From the IMG/VR virus record IMGVR_UViG_3300025676_000023, positions 1-56,062 of that record: a stretch of 56,062 bases of DNA. The stretch is one strand, 5' to 3'. This DNA is from a virus (taxonomy: Duplodnaviria > Caudoviricetes). Position numbers and translations under genes: made by a program. How positions within the stretch are numbered: the first letter of the stretch is position 1; each line of letters starts with the position of its first letter. The notes below the pieces were generated by a model that was given only the letters and a program-made list of their open reading frames with translations, was not told where the DNA came from and made no database searches. Below, one piece after another: positions 9,685 through 20,700 of this stretch.

Positions 9685-10616
9685 TGAGAAAACTATTTAA
9701 TTTTAGAATCGGAAGAACAATAACGGAAACTAAATCGGAAACATCTAAAAACGATAAAGATGAAACCGTAACCGTAGAAAAAGAGGTTAAGACTAACATC
9801 TCTCAAGTGGTGGTTCTTCGCAAGCCTAATCGCTCTTTGTTTGACGAGGCGGAGCTCTTTTACGGGGTCAGGTTATCTGAGGGCATCAAGGCTGGACTTT
9901 TAACCAGAGCTCTTCTTGCTAAAAGATTTTCGAACGACGGTGGCATTTTATCTGAAGATGATAAATCAAGATACGCCGACATGTACCTTCAACTTTACGA
10001 GCTCCAGATGGACATGGACAAGTTGTCTGCTATCGGGGAAAGCAAGCGTACTAGCGCTCAAAACCAAAAATTTGCTGATTTGAGTGAAGAGGTAACAAAT
10101 ACTAAAAGAGAGCTAACGGATTTTGAAATGGCTCAATCCTCTCTCTTCGAACAGACCGCAGAAAACAGAGCGAGAAACAAAACTATTTTATGGTGGACTT
10201 TGCAACTATCTTACCTTGAAGACGAAGAGGGAGAGCTCACCGCTGTATTCCCCCAAGACGGGTATGACGGAAAGCTCGCTAGATATGACGAGATGGAGGA
10301 GTCTGACGACTCATTTGAAGAGGAGTTGATATCCAAGCTTTTGTATTACGTAAGTTTTTGGTACGTCGGAAAGGTTAATAGCGAAGACGATTTTAAGAGA
10401 CTCCTAATGGAAACAGAGGGGGCTGAAGAAGAAGAGGTCGAGGAGCCTAAAAAGGAAGAGCCTAAAAAGGAAGAGCCTAAAAAGGAAGAGCCTAAAAAGG
10501 AAGAGCCTAAAAAGGAAGAGCCTAAAAAGGAAGAGCCTAAAAAGGAAGAGCCCCCAGAAGAAGTCGAGCCAAAAGTGAAACAAACCCCAAACCCAGATGA
10601 GGAAAAGAGTGGATAA
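9684..10616 (+). CDS. Putative tail assembly chaperone with PKKEE repeat tail
   Basis: Position between tube and TMP; acidic and helical. Confidence 0.55.
   Translation: MRKLFNFRIGRTITETKSETSKNDKDETVTVEKEVKTNISQVVVLRKPNRSLFDEAELFYGVRLSEGIKAGLLTRALLAKRFSNDGGILSEDDKSRYADMYLQLYELQMDMDKLSAIGESKRTSAQNQKFADLSEEVTNTKRELTDFEMAQSSLFEQTAENRARNKTILWWTLQLSYLEDEEGELTAVFPQDGYDGKLARYDEMEESDDSFEEELISKLLYYVSFWYVGKVNSEDDFKRLLMETEGAEEEEVEEPKKEEPKKEEPKKEEPKKEEPKKEEPKKEEPKKEEPPEEVEPKVKQTPNPDEEKSG
10443..10552 (+). repeat. Seven perfect 15-nt tandem repeats (GAGCCTAAAAAGGAA) encoding (EPKKE)7
   Basis: Directly visible in the sequence. Confidence 0.95.
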
Positions 10617-10639
10617 TGCCCAATTATCACATGATCCTC

Positions 10640-10664
10640 AAAGCCCCCTCGTGGGGCTTTTTTT
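10640..10664 (+). terminator. Rho-independent terminator
   Basis: AAAGCCCC-CTCGT-GGGGCTTT hairpin plus T tract; ends 4 nt before ATG 10669. Confidence 0.8.
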
Positions 10665-10668
10665 GTAA

Positions 10669-11682
10669 ATGAGTGATAAAATACCAGCAGAAGAACTTAG
10701 AATAGTCTACGGACAAATAGTTCGCGGGTGCTCGTATTTTCATTCAGAAAAATTCGGAGAGATAGCAATCAAGCATCTCACCCAGTATGACACTGAGCTT
10801 CTAGACATCAAAAAAGAAAAATATAAAAGAATAGCTGAAAAAGAAGGTCTGCCAACAGAAAAAGAAAGAGTTAACGACTTAATGGAAGAGGGTCTATGGA
10901 CTAGGCAAAACGAATTAGACGTAGAGTCTTCTAGGAAATTTATATCCAAAATGGAAGACACCAAAAATAAAATGGCGCTTAAATCAGAAATAAGAAGAAT
11001 CGCGGCCAGTGTCGAAGAAGAAGAGAAAAAGCTAACCGCCTTACTGGAAGAGAAGAAGGATTTAGTTGGTTTAACGTCGGAAAGCTATTCAGAGAAGAAG
11101 GTGAACGACTATTATATTTATTTGTCACTATATAGAGACAGTAAATTTGATAAGCCGCTTTTCTCTGAGCCCGAATTTGATGAAATAAGCGAAAATGACC
11201 TTACGGCTTTGATTGTTCATTTTAATAAATCAACTAGGACTCTTGCTCAGATCAACCTGAAAAGGATAGCTTTATCTCACTTTTTTCTTAATAATTTTTA
11301 CTTATGCGAAAATAATCCCTACGTCTACTTTGGCAAGCCCGTAGTCGAGTTGACCTATCATCAAGCTGATTTGTTTTCTTATGGCAGATACTATAAGCAT
11401 GTCATGTCTGAGATGAAGAGCCCATTGACAAACGAAATGATGGATAATCCAGATTTACTGACAGAACAGCACAGTATCGAGCAAAATAAAGAAAGCGTGC
11501 TCAAGGACACCGCCGACTCAGGCACGGCAAGCACTGTCGTCGGAGCCACAAAAGACGATCTGGAGTCCCTTGGGGTGGCTGCTACGCAGAATATGGGCGA
11601 AACAGTGGACCTTAACGACGAACTGTCAAAGAAGGGCGGAACTATGTCTATGGAAGATATCATAAAATTGCACGGACAATAG
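10669..11682 (+). CDS. Putative second tail assembly chaperone
   Basis: Immediately upstream of the TMP; coiled-coil N-half. Confidence 0.5.
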   Translation: MSDKIPAEELRIVYGQIVRGCSYFHSEKFGEIAIKHLTQYDTELLDIKKEKYKRIAEKEGLPTEKERVNDLMEEGLWTRQNELDVESSRKFISKMEDTKNKMALKSEIRRIAASVEEEEKKLTALLEEKKDLVGLTSESYSEKKVNDYYIYLSLYRDSKFDKPLFSEPEFDEISENDLTALIVHFNKSTRTLAQINLKRIALSHFFLNNFYLCENNPYVYFGKPVVELTYHQADLFSYGRYYKHVMSEMKSPLTNEMMDNPDLLTEQHSIEQNKESVLKDTADSGTASTVVGATKDDLESLGVAATQNMGETVDLNDELSKKGGTMSMEDIIKLHGQ

Positions 11683-11689
11683 GGTTTCT

Positions 11690-11695
11690 GTGTAA
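11690..11695 (+). promoter_or_regulatory. GTGTAA putative late-promoter motif for the TMP gene
   Basis: GTGTAATTAC in a 32-nt intergenic gap, followed by SD-like AAAGGA. Confidence 0.55.
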
Positions 11696-11714
11696 TTACT
11701 AGTGGTAAAAGGAC

Positions 11715-14700
11715 ATGGCGGCAGATCGACCCATAGCAGAAGGCACTATTCGCTTTACTCCAGACACTCGCTCATTGGCGAATGTCGAGAAAAGCGTCAA
11801 GAAGGCTATAACACGTATCGAGGGGGTAGCTTCTCGCGGCGGATTACTTTCTAAAGCCTATACCCAACCCTTGGGTAAGATAACAGGCGCTACCGACGAA
11901 TTCACCAAATCCCTAGAAGCTTCTAACGCTCGCGTTATTGCGTTTGGCGCTTCCGCTGGCATCATCTATACTGTGCAGCGAGCGATTACTGCGTCTGTTG
12001 GCGCGGCGATCAACCTCGAAAAGACGCTCGCAGACATTAACGTCATTTTAAATGAAACAAATAGTGGCCTTAGAAAATTTTCTCAAGAACTGTTTACAAT
12101 AGCGAAGGGCACGGGTCAGTCCTTCAGCGCTGTTAGTGAAGCCGCTTTGGAATTTGCGCGTCAAGGTTTAGCGGTAGAAGAGACCCTGAAGAGAACCCGC
12201 GACGCAATGATATTGGTTCGCTTGTCTGGATTGGATGTCGTGTCTTCCGTGGAGGCTGTCACCGCTACCCTAAATAGCTTTAACCAAACCGTAATTACGT
12301 CCACACAACTAATCAACAAATTGGCCAATGTTGACGCTGCGTTTGCCGTAAGCTCCGCTGACTTGGCCGAGGCCATCCGAAGGGTTGGTAGTTCCGCTCA
12401 GGATGCCAACGTTGGTATTGACGAGCTTATTGCTATGGTGACTACCGCTCAGCAGGTTACCGCTCGCGGCGGCTCTGTGATTGGTAACTCATTAAAAACG
12501 ATCTTTACTCGCTTGCAAAGGCCAGCGGTGCTTAATGATTTAGCGGCTTTCGGGGTTAAGGTCAAAGACGCTTCGGGAGCGATGCTTCCAGCCATGCAAG
12601 TATTGAAGAATTTCTCTAGCGCTTATGGCGGCTTAGCGCCAGCGCAAAAAGCAGTTGCCGCAGAAATGGTTGGTGGCGTATTCCAAGTTAACGTTTTGAA
12701 GGCGGCTGTTGGTGACTTGGGGAAACAATTTTCTATTTATGATCGAGCCTTGGGCGTTTCCATCTCTTCTACGGACCAAGCTATCCAAAGAAATGCCCTG
12801 TTAAATAAAACCCTATCCACCTTAATAAATGAAAGCTTAATTAACGTACAAAAAGTTGGCGCTGCTTTTGCCAACTTAACTATCACACCAGCCTTAACTC
12901 AGGTCCTTGAAAGCGTAAATACAGCCGTTGATAGTTTGACGCAAAAAGCTCAAGATGGCGATCTTGGCGTTACCTTTGGTAAGGGAATTTTAGCTGGCAT
13001 AAGTAATATCTTAAAAGGTCCAGCGCTGATTGCTATCGCGGGTATTTTGGGCAAACTTACTTTTAGCTTCTTCAAGTTCTCTACTGACGCGTTGAAAACT
13101 TTCACTGGGTTAAATGATACTGCTAATAGGCAAAAAGAAATGCAGCAGTTGATTCAGAATATTTTAATTAAAAATCCGACCTTGATTCAAGCCGCTACAT
13201 CCAGTGCGGAGGGATTGAAAATGGTGGAGCAACAAATCTTAAACATTGTTGAAGCTCAAAATGTAGCTATGAGTACTTCGGCGCAGCTTTCCTCAAAGAT
13301 AGCGGGCAATGTGTCTGCCTCCAACCTTAAAAGCATTAACTCCTCAGTGAGCGGAACGGCAGCAGCAGGATTTGTCCCCAACTACAGTCGCAAAAACGAG
13401 CGAGCAGAAGTTGCTGGCGCTATTCAAGGCGGTTATATGCCGGGCAACATTGAGACAATGCAAGTCAAAGGCGTTGGAACCGTAACTTGGAATGACGCTG
13501 AAACTGTGAAGACGTTCCCAGGCATGGAGCAGCCCGCGATCATGCCGCCTAGACAAAGTGACGCTGGGAAAAACTACGAAAAGAAATTTAAAGCCGCGCA
13601 CGGATTTAATCCTTATGCTCAGGGATTTGTACCGAACTTCAATAAGGGCAAGGGAATAAGAGTTATTGATGGTGACACTATGGAGGCTATGGCCACCGAA
13701 GAGAAAAGCTATAGACTGTCAAAGGTTGACGCCGCTGAGTCGAGTGACGGAGAATGGGGCAAAGCAGCGACAGCCCTGTTGCGAAAATCGACTTTGAGTA
13801 AAAAGGAGCGATTTGAAAAAGCTATTGCGAGAGGCGAAAAAGCCGCTTACGGACGGGGCTTGTTTGTTGATGAGAATTTTCAAAAACTTTTAGTAAAGAA
13901 AGGGCTCGGGGTCCCCGACTTAAGATACGCTAGTTCAAGCTACGCCGCTAAAGAAGTCGAGAAAGCGCGGGAGAAGGGGGCAGGAATATGGAGCGATAAA
14001 AAGAACGAAAAAGTTCTGCAATATTTGGGCCAGAGCAAACTGTTGGGCAAGGAGGAAAACCTAGAGTATAGGACTGGGAAAGGGTCCTTAACCACGAAGA
14101 AGCTCTTCGATAAGAAACACAAGGATACAGGTGATGTATTTCTCTCCCAAGACGCCCACCATAATCTATTCTCAAAAAAGAAAAACAAAGCTCTAGGTTT
14201 TATCCCTAATCTTGAATATGGAGGCTTGCGAGATGAAGATTTAGGTGATTCATTTATTAATGTAAACCCAAATAACAAAGCCAAATCAATTGATCACAGA
14301 TTAACCCAAAAAGAAATCGGAAAAAGAGTAGGCGGGAAAACTCTAATCAGGGGTCCAGAGGGAGAAACTCTCGTGGTGGGTGGAGACTTAGAGGGCAAGT
14401 CTGGATCAATCACAGTCGGCGGGTTAAGCGCCAGAAAGATAAAGAAGGCCAACCCCAAATTTGCCTCGATGCTTGATCAAGTTCCGAATCTATTTGACGG
14501 TTTAGCTTATCAAATCATGGGCGCTGTTGGGGCTAAATTTGACCCAGAGGGAGCAAAGGGCGCTGTTGCTGGCGTTAAGTTCGAGCAGGAATTTGCCGCG
14601 AAGCATGGACTTCCAGAAGCGGGAGCTAAAAAGGGTTCTGATTTTATACTTGCCGAGAAGATGGCTCAAAACCTTGGCACTCAAAAACATTTGCAATTAA

Positions 14701-17700
14701 AACTTTCGATGTTTGAAAAGAGCAAGCGCGACGTTGAAAAGACTGTGGATATAGCTTCTTCGTTTAGTAAGTATTTGGTTGACATGCTTACCAACAATAT
14801 TAAAACTCAAGGACTTTCGAAACTTGTTGGCCCAGATAGATTCAGAGCCGCTATGGGGGTTTTGAAAAAGAATCCAGCCTTAAAATCTCAATGGTCTGGG
14901 TACTTTGGAAAAGCGGGAATGATGGCTGAAGGGCTTGTTCCGAACTTTGCAATGGGTCTAGGCAAAGGCAAAAAATTACTTGAGAGAGGTAAAGTTAGGC
15001 TTGGAGAATTGGGCTCCGAAAGACGGCAAGTGAACGTAAACAAAGGGAAGGCTCTTTCTGGTCAAGCTGTCGCATACCTCGCGCAAACCTTTGGGGTCAG
15101 CCCCGCGATACTAGCTACAATAAGCCCAGCTATTGAAGGGGAGATTGACGGGCGTGCTTCGTACAATAAGATGTTAAACCCAAAGGGCAGAATGGGCGCA
15201 GGTATAAAAATTAGAGCAAGACCCTTTGAAATTTTAAATAATTTACATATCCCCGAAAAAAGAAAAGTATACCCCAAGGGAGAGGTTCTTAATGCCGTTT
15301 CATCTTTTGCCCACGAAAGCACGCATGCTCTTCAGGCCAAGATAGCAGGTGGATTACATGGAGACGAAGGTTTATCTCGGGACGCGCTTTGGGCCTCGAC
15401 CGCTGGCAACATAAACCCCCAAGAAGCTTTAAATCTTGTACCCGAAAACAAAAGGCAAGGGGCGGTCGATTACGCTAGCTCAAAAATTCACAGCGAACGA
15501 GCTAAGGAGTTAGGGGTATACCAAACCGAAGCCGAACAAGACTACGAAAGAACAGCTTATTATACTGGCGCTGCCGCCCGAGAGAAAGCGAAGGGCCTGT
15601 ATGGTTATGCGAGAGGCCTTGTTCCGAACTTTGCAAAATATCAAATAGGGCAAAAACTTCCCAAGGGTCGTGGGGCAGGTGGAAGACATCTAGCGGTAAG
15701 AGATAACAATATGGGCATTCATTGGGACCCCAGTGCCATGTTCCATGCTGATTTAGTGGAAAGAAGTGGGCTGCAAGGCAAAACTATGGATGGCGGTTGG
15801 CTTTATCCTAACGGACGATACGAAAAAATTAAGGGACACGATGGGTCTGGGCTGCAAGCGAATGGTCTTGTTCCGAATCTCGCTGTAGATTCTAGTTTCG
15901 CAATCAAGCAGCGAGCCAATAAAGGTCTCGTTCCAAACTTCGCCCAATCTGCTTTGGGCGCGGCTATTGGTCGAGAAAAAGCTGCTGGCTACAGCTCTAG
16001 TCAAGTTAAAGTTGGGTATGATTCTAGATTGGCCGCAAGCGGCGGCATAGGTGTTTATAATTCAACCGAAGGCTCTTTAAGTCGGGCTATTAATATGCAC
16101 GCGGCTTCTGGCAAAACAATGGGGCAAATTCAAAAACAAGGAGCCAGCAGAGGGATGGTTCCAAATTTTGAAACTGATGCTGGTGACTTTTTAGGCGGAG
16201 GAGCATCTTTGATGTTCATCGCGCCTATGCTCAAGCAGATGGCAGACGGATTTGCTGCGTCTAGAACCAAGAAGAAGGAGGAAGCCGAAGAGGTCGATAG
16301 GCTAACCAAGGCCATCCGCGAAGCCGAAGAGGCTGTTGGAGAGTTCGACGACAAGCTAGCCTCAGCGGCCCCCAGCAAAGAAGACATGAGCTCAAAGCGG
16401 GCTGAGATAGATAATAAAAAGGTAGAGGACCGAGAGAGCGCAAGGAAATTCGCTGAGGACAGTTTGGGCGATAAAACATCCACGGGCAAAGACAGGAAAA
16501 GAAATAAAGACGGAACACTTAGCCTCTCGACAATGAACAAATCAGACAGGAAAGAGTTTGATAAAGCATTCAATAGGTCGCTTGGTGCGCGGAATAGATC
16601 GACTGACGCGATGGAGAAAGAACTTGTTCAAATGCAGAAAGACAGAGATTCGAGGGCTAAGAATTTGACGGCGAGGGAGAAAGCTAGTGATCTCGTATTG
16701 CAAGCCGAGGAGGAGTACGCCCAAGAGCTAGATAAACAAAAGAAAAACAAGCCCACCTTAAATAGAAAAGTCAGCGAAATCGGCGGTCAACTCGCATTCT
16801 CCGCCCCAATGCTGGGCGGCATGGCTGGAAGCTTACTTGGAGGAAGCACGGGCGCAGCGGTAAGCGGCTTCGGTACGGGCCTAGGCACAGGTGCGGCGGG
16901 GGCGATGGTAGCCGCTGAAGCGGGAGAAGGGATGACTAATTTCTCGAAATCTATGGAAGGAAAGAAGGGTATTGGCGGGGGTCTTGGCAAAGTGGCGGGA
17001 GCAGTGGGAGCAATTGCTGGCCCAGCGGGTATGGCAGTAGCAGGGCTTATGGCTGTGAAGGGCGCACTTGTCGCCATGAAAAAGGCATCTATAAGAGAAG
17101 AGGGCGCAAAAACAGCAGCCGCCTTAGAGACGGTCTCCAAAAAATTCAATAAAGTGCAATCCTCTGGTCAGGCATTTATGGATGGATTTGATAAGTTGGC
17201 GAGAGCCTACGAGAATCCACTCAACGCAAAACCTGAAGACGTAAAGCGAATTAAAGATCAAATGAGCAAGGCTCTTGCTGATGCTCCAGCCGATTTCAGA
17301 AAACAAATTAACGCCGCCGCTGGAGACGCAGACAAAATCAAAGCCGCCTTTTCAGAGATGATGGAGAACCTCAATCAAAGGAAATCGGGCCTGTCGGCCT
17401 CTAAGGATATTTTTGATATGCGAGAGAAGTTTGCTTCGGGAGTCTTTGACAGGACACTTTTCGATAGAAAAGGCAATGGAGAATTATCCGCAGAAGGGTT
17501 AAATGTCAAGGGCACTATTGAATCTGGAATTCAAAGCGGAGCAAAGAGGGAAGAGATGAGAAAAGCAATTGAGAATAATGAGAACGTAGACTTCTCAAAG
17601 AAAGCTGATCAGATAAGGTTCTTTTCCGAAGAGTATAGTGCGGCAGTCAATTCGATAGAGAACCCATCAGGGATTGCGCTTACCACCCAACTGATGCAGG

Positions 17701-20700
17701 AGTTTTTTGAAAGATTAAAGAAGGGCGCTAAGGAAGCAGATAAAATAGCGGCGGATGTAGAAAGGAGGCAGAAAATAGAAAGAAAATACATGAAGCACAT
17801 GAATCTTCTTAAGGAGAAACTGCAAGCCTTCGTGGCGACTCTAGGGCTAGTAGCTAAAAGCGTTCAAGAAAAATCCTTCACGCTCCAAAAAATGGGCAAC
17901 AAAAGCAAAGACACTAGTCTTGATTTGATGAAGGCGCGTTTTGAGGGGTCAAGCAAAATGGTTGACCCATTCAGAACCCGCACTGAAAAAGTGCGCTCAA
18001 GCTCAGACGCTAAACGGTTCGAAATAAGAGCTAACTCAATAAAAGAAATGAGGAACGCCATAGCTGAAGGCTCAAGAAAAGCCCTGTCCATCTCAGCAGA
18101 AGGCTTTATGAAAGCCGCTTCTAAAATAGAAGCCTCAGCAAAGAGCCTAACGGCAAAAGAAAATCGCGAGCTCCTAACTGAATTCCAAAGAAACAAAAAA
18201 GCCCTCGACGCTCTTCAGCCCGTGATGGAAAACGCTTTCGCGGAATTCGCGAAGACCCCAAATAAATTAGATGCTCTAAATGGCGTAAGCACCAAAATGA
18301 AGGCGGCTCTAATAAAAGCTGGGTATGACTCATCAAAAGCTAACGTCCTGACCTCCATTTTAACACAAGAACTTATATCAAATAAAGACACCATCGGAAA
18401 TAAATTAGCAGAAATAATTCAAAAACAAAAAGACCAACTTCTCGTTGAGCAAGAACAAGCTTACTGGGCTCAAGAGAGCGCAAAACTTCAGGATAGACTT
18501 TCTTCGTTTGGGGGAGGCTCGGACTTCTCGAAAGGAGGCACAACCAATCTCTCAAGCAATTTCTCCAAGATGACGGACAATCTGGGCCAAGCTATAACTG
18601 GCGCTATGTCTGGGGGAATTATAGAATTGGGCAGGGCGCAAATGGGGATATTAGATACTCTTCTTAATAATTTAAATTTCGACAGTCTCAGGGGAGACAT
18701 AGAGGGATTAGCTCCATTACTGGGGCCAGCAATAGCTGGCAGAGCCGCAGACATAGAAGGCCAAATGAGCTTTGCAAAACAGCTAGCTAGAATCCAAGGC
18801 TTCAAGGGCGCGTTCCCCGAGGTAGACAGTCAGCAATTAGCCGTAGAGCAGGTATCTCAGCAGCTCAAATTAGATGACGTGCCCGATCATATCAGGGCAA
18901 TGAGAAGAAATTCAGACGTATTAAATACCTTAATCATGGCTCAAACCCACGATATGGCGAACGCAAACACCGAAGCCTTCAGTGACGCGTTGAAAATGAA
19001 CGGCCTACAAAACTTGGGCAGAAACTCAATGGCTTCGGCAATCGCTGGAAAACAAAATATCACCGCCAACGATCAAATCAGGCAGGTAAATATGGTAGGG
19101 TTTGAGGCACTGAATAAATCAATACAAAAAGACCTTCCCAACTCAATCAACACAGCGATGGCCCCGTTTAAAGACAGGATGGGGGAGATAGGGAAAGTCT
19201 TAGAGGACATGCAAATAGCCAAAGGAGGAAAGCCGCTTGAAGATAAAGCGGTGGAGGCTAAAATAAAATTAGGTAATTTAACCGAAGAATTCCAAGAAAA
19301 GCAAAAAGCCGCAAGGGAACAAAATAAATTTCTTAAACCACTCGAGAACCCCTTCGAAGTTGGCAAAAAACAACTACTAGCGGGGGGTACTACAACTGGG
19401 TCCAAATTAAAAACCGTTAATGACTCTCCTTACCGAGGTTCTGGTGAATTTGAAGATTTATTTGGATTGGGAATATACAAGAACGAGTTAGAAAAGAACG
19501 ATAAAGACTACAAGAAGAGAGTTAAAGGGAACGATATGGACACAAGCTTGAGGGATCGGTACGCTGCTAACACAGCGGCGTTAAAGAAACTAAATACCTA
19601 CCTGAGTAACAACGAAATCGATCTCTCGGGGGCACAAAAAATGGCCGCACGATTCGAAGGAAACAAGAGCAACTTTGGAAAGGAAGAGAAAACTACGGGG
19701 CACACAGAGTTTAACAGAAGAGCAGCATTTAGGGCTAGCATCAGGGTTCCTGCGAATTCTAAAATAGAGCGGGACCCAGGCATTAAAGCTGCCCAAGCTA
19801 ACCTCGAAAAAGCCCAAAAAGCACACCAAGATTACCTAGATAAAACAAAAAAAATGCGAGAACCCTCTTCGGGGAACCGCGTAAGCGAGACCGTAGCAAG
19901 GCTATCCAGTATTTTGAAGCCAACTTTAGAGAAGATATTCAGCAAAAAACTGTTTGAGAAATTCACAAGCACGAGCTCTGACATCGGGACTGTCGCAGAT
20001 GATGAAGGAGTCACGCGGAACAGGATGGATATTCAAGGGAGAACGGCTACATACTCACGCTTCAGTAGGGCGCAGATTGACGCGGAGTACAAGAAGCTGC
20101 AAGGGGAAGAAGGCGCGGCAAGAGAGACACTCCGTGGGCGAGTTGATGACGGAGGAGAAGTACGCGGGTTTGATGCAACAGCTATTGAAAAACAACAAGC
20201 CGAAAACGCACTAAAAAGAGTCGCGCTATTGAAAGCCTCCCTAAAAGTATCAGACGCCCATCTGGCAGCAGATGAAGAGCATAAGAAAGCGATGCAAAAA
20301 CTGAAAGACGCTGCCGCTGAGAGGCTTGAATTCATCCAAGATTCCATAACTCAAAACGAAAACATAACCCAATTGTTGGTCTTGTTCCGTCAGGTCCAAT
20401 TAAAAATGGCGGACAAAAAGCTAATAAATGCTGCTCAGGAAATCTTGCAAACATCCGTAAGCTTTGGCGATCCAAAACAATTACGTGACAATGCTGAATC
20501 TAAATACAGGTCTGGAATTAGCTCCATTTCATCGCTTGACCCAGCGGAACGAAAAAGAATAAGTGAAGACTCCGTAAAGCTCGGAGCATTAAGAAATAAA
20601 GTAAATACCGCAGGGGGTGAAGAGCTTTTCCAGCAGTTTATGACGAGGGACATGGGCATGGATTTTGACGAAGACAAGCTTAAAAAGCTAGGCCCATTAG

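Noticed and set aside
10443-10552. Possible CRISPR-like array
   Set aside because: Tandem units with no spacers, in frame within a CDS.
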